Virus record (IMG/VR): IMGVR_UViG_3300027804_000060
Length of the DNA stretch: 20,000 bases
Direction: 5' to 3' (one strand)
Source: an uncultured virus (IMG/VR IMGVR_UViG_3300027804_000060)
Lineage: Duplodnaviria > Heunggongvirae > Uroviricota > Caudoviricetes
Part shown: piece by piece, positions 18,961 through 20,000 of the stretch
Position numbering within the stretch: the stretch's first letter is position 1
Layout of the letters: every line of letters begins with the position of its first letter
The notes under the pieces: generated by a model
What the model was told of the DNA's origin: nothing
Databases searched by the model: none
What the model saw: the letters and a program-made list of their open reading frames with translations, nothing else
Program-made: the position numbers and the translations under genes

Positions 18961-19959
18961 TTAATAACCTTCACTTTCTATCATTTTCCTGTCTATCAAT
19001 TCTATTTCTTTAAAACTAATCGACATTGTAGTCTGAACAGGTGAACCATCTGTGTGTGAAGACCATCCGTTTGGTGCATAGTTCACATCAATACTTTCAA
19101 TAACACATTCAGCAACTTTACCAATGTTTTTATTTTCTTTACCATTAAAGAAAAATTCCAAATTAAATGTTGATGGTGGTATAAAAAACATACCAGCAGC
19201 ACCAGTAACAATCCTTGGCGCAGCATGTGTTTTAAACATCTTTACAATATTTTTTACCGTTGTGGACTCATCTTTTGAGAATGGTGTAAAAGTAAAAGAC
19301 ATTTGAAATGATCTGAAATCTATACCATCAAACATCAATTGTTGTTGTGGATTGAGTGCAAGGCCTTGTGAAGCTAAACCTAATTTTGCAGCATTTGTTT
19401 GTGCTTTTGCTATAGTACTTGCAGCTATGCCAGCGGCAAAATTAACTGGTCTAAAACCTTTTGCACCTTTATCATGTAATGATTCCAATACACTTGAAGC
19501 AACTTCAAGCAAAGTTGTCTGATTATATACAGCTGCATTGGTGAATTCTAATGTGTCTGGCATATATAAATTTATTCCAGCTACAAGTCTTGTTTTTCTT
19601 TGTGTAAATGCTATTTTTGTTTGTTCCGCAACAGCTCCAACGGCACCAATTGATTTTTCGAGAAAATCATTACCTTTAAATCCTCCTACTGCCGCATCTG
19701 CAATATTTTCTGCGCTATTTCCCACACCCTTAAATATTTCAGGAAAACCATATGATTTACCTTTTTCATATCCAACAGGTTGTACTTCATTGATTCGAAA
19801 TTGAACCACATGGTTTCTTGCTGCGGACTGCAAATCTCTTGGATAAGATAAAATCTCTACATTGTTTTTATTACCAAACAATTTACCCAAAGGACCTTTA
19901 AGTGCAGCTCCAGGAATTGACACGCCACCGATTGATGTTGGGATTGAAATTATTGCCAT
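18961..19959 (-). CDS. gp48: Baseplate tail tube cap gp48-like (332 aa)
   Basis: LSYPRDL, INLYMP, NPQQQLMFDGIDFRSFQMSFTFTP.S..E...V..I...FK....P, CVIESIDVNYAP and DGSPVQTTMSISFKEIE match cyanophage-type gp48; upstream of gp53. Confidence 0.85.
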   Translation of the reverse strand: MAIISIPTSIGGVSIPGAALKGPLGKLFGNKNNVEILSYPRDLQSAARNHVVQFRINEVQPVGYEKGKSYGFPEIFKGVGNSAENIADAAVGGFKGNDFLEKSIGAVGAVAEQTKIAFTQRKTRLVAGINLYMPDTLEFTNAAVYNQTTLLEVASSVLESLHDKGAKGFRPVNFAAGIAASTIAKAQTNAAKLGLASQGLALNPQQQLMFDGIDFRSFQMSFTFTPFSKDESTTVKNIVKMFKTHAAPRIVTGAAGMFFIPPSTFNLEFFFNGKENKNIGKVAECVIESIDVNYAPNGWSSHTDGSPVQTTMSISFKEIELIDRKMIESEGY

Positions 19960-19987
19960 GGTCTTTTCTAAAAAGATTGATATATAG

Positions 19988-19994
19988 TATTTAT
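19988..19994 (-). promoter_or_regulatory. T4-type late promoter box (C)ATAAATA upstream of gp48
   Basis: Minus strand reads CATAAATA 28 nt before the gp48 ATG; the T4 gp55 consensus is TATAAATA. Confidence 0.7.
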
Positions 19995-20000
19995 GGCATA
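19993..20000 (+). CDS. Probable start of a divergent gene (ATG GCA TA., M-A-Y?), possibly head completion protein gp4
   Basis: Only 8 nt are visible. gp4 homologues often begin MAYSG and lie divergent from gp48/gp53 in T4-like phages. The third codon is truncated and could be a stop. Confidence 0.35.

Noticed and set aside
18960..18974. Extended gp53 start (MKVIK) from the ORF track
   Set aside because: gp53 homologues typically begin M-x-Y-F, and ATG 18959 sits 1 nt after the gp48 stop, like other junctions in this operon.
1..19959. Stop-codon reassignment (none of the nine complete genes ends in TAG)
   Set aside because: All genes are full length under the standard code, and TAG is normally rare in AT-rich phages.
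1..20000. Bacterial tailocin or eCIS rather than phage
   Set aside because: gp8, gp48, gp53 and VrlC-like proteins with T4-type late promoters point to a T4-like phage genome.

Overview
This AT-rich window comes from a T4-like myovirus of the cyanophage/pelagiphage/phiM12 type (host not determinable here). It carries a tightly packed late structural operon on the minus strand, in the order gp48, gp53, gp27/GpD-like hub, lysozyme-less gp5, gp25, gp6, gp7, an 854-aa repeat fibre, gp8 and a giant VrlC/DUF4815-like virion protein. The VrlC-like ORF is at least 2106 aa, runs off the left edge and is missing from the ORF track. ATAAATA late-promoter boxes precede gp48, gp25 and gp8, and a divergent gene (possibly gp4) appears to start in the last 8 nt. 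The most notable observations are: (1) a fibre whose ~530-aa stalk is built from A-N-x-A heptads encoded by a 21-bp-modular array with exact copies; (2) one apparent in-frame copy of that repeat unit about 10 kb away inside gp53; (3) a single PAAR-like repeat fused to the gp5 C-terminus; (4) late-promoter boxes 4 nt from ATGs and a pseudo-palindromic bidirectional promoter; (5) a structured intergenic element between gp5 and gp25. All gene calls come from motif recognition and synteny, not database searches.
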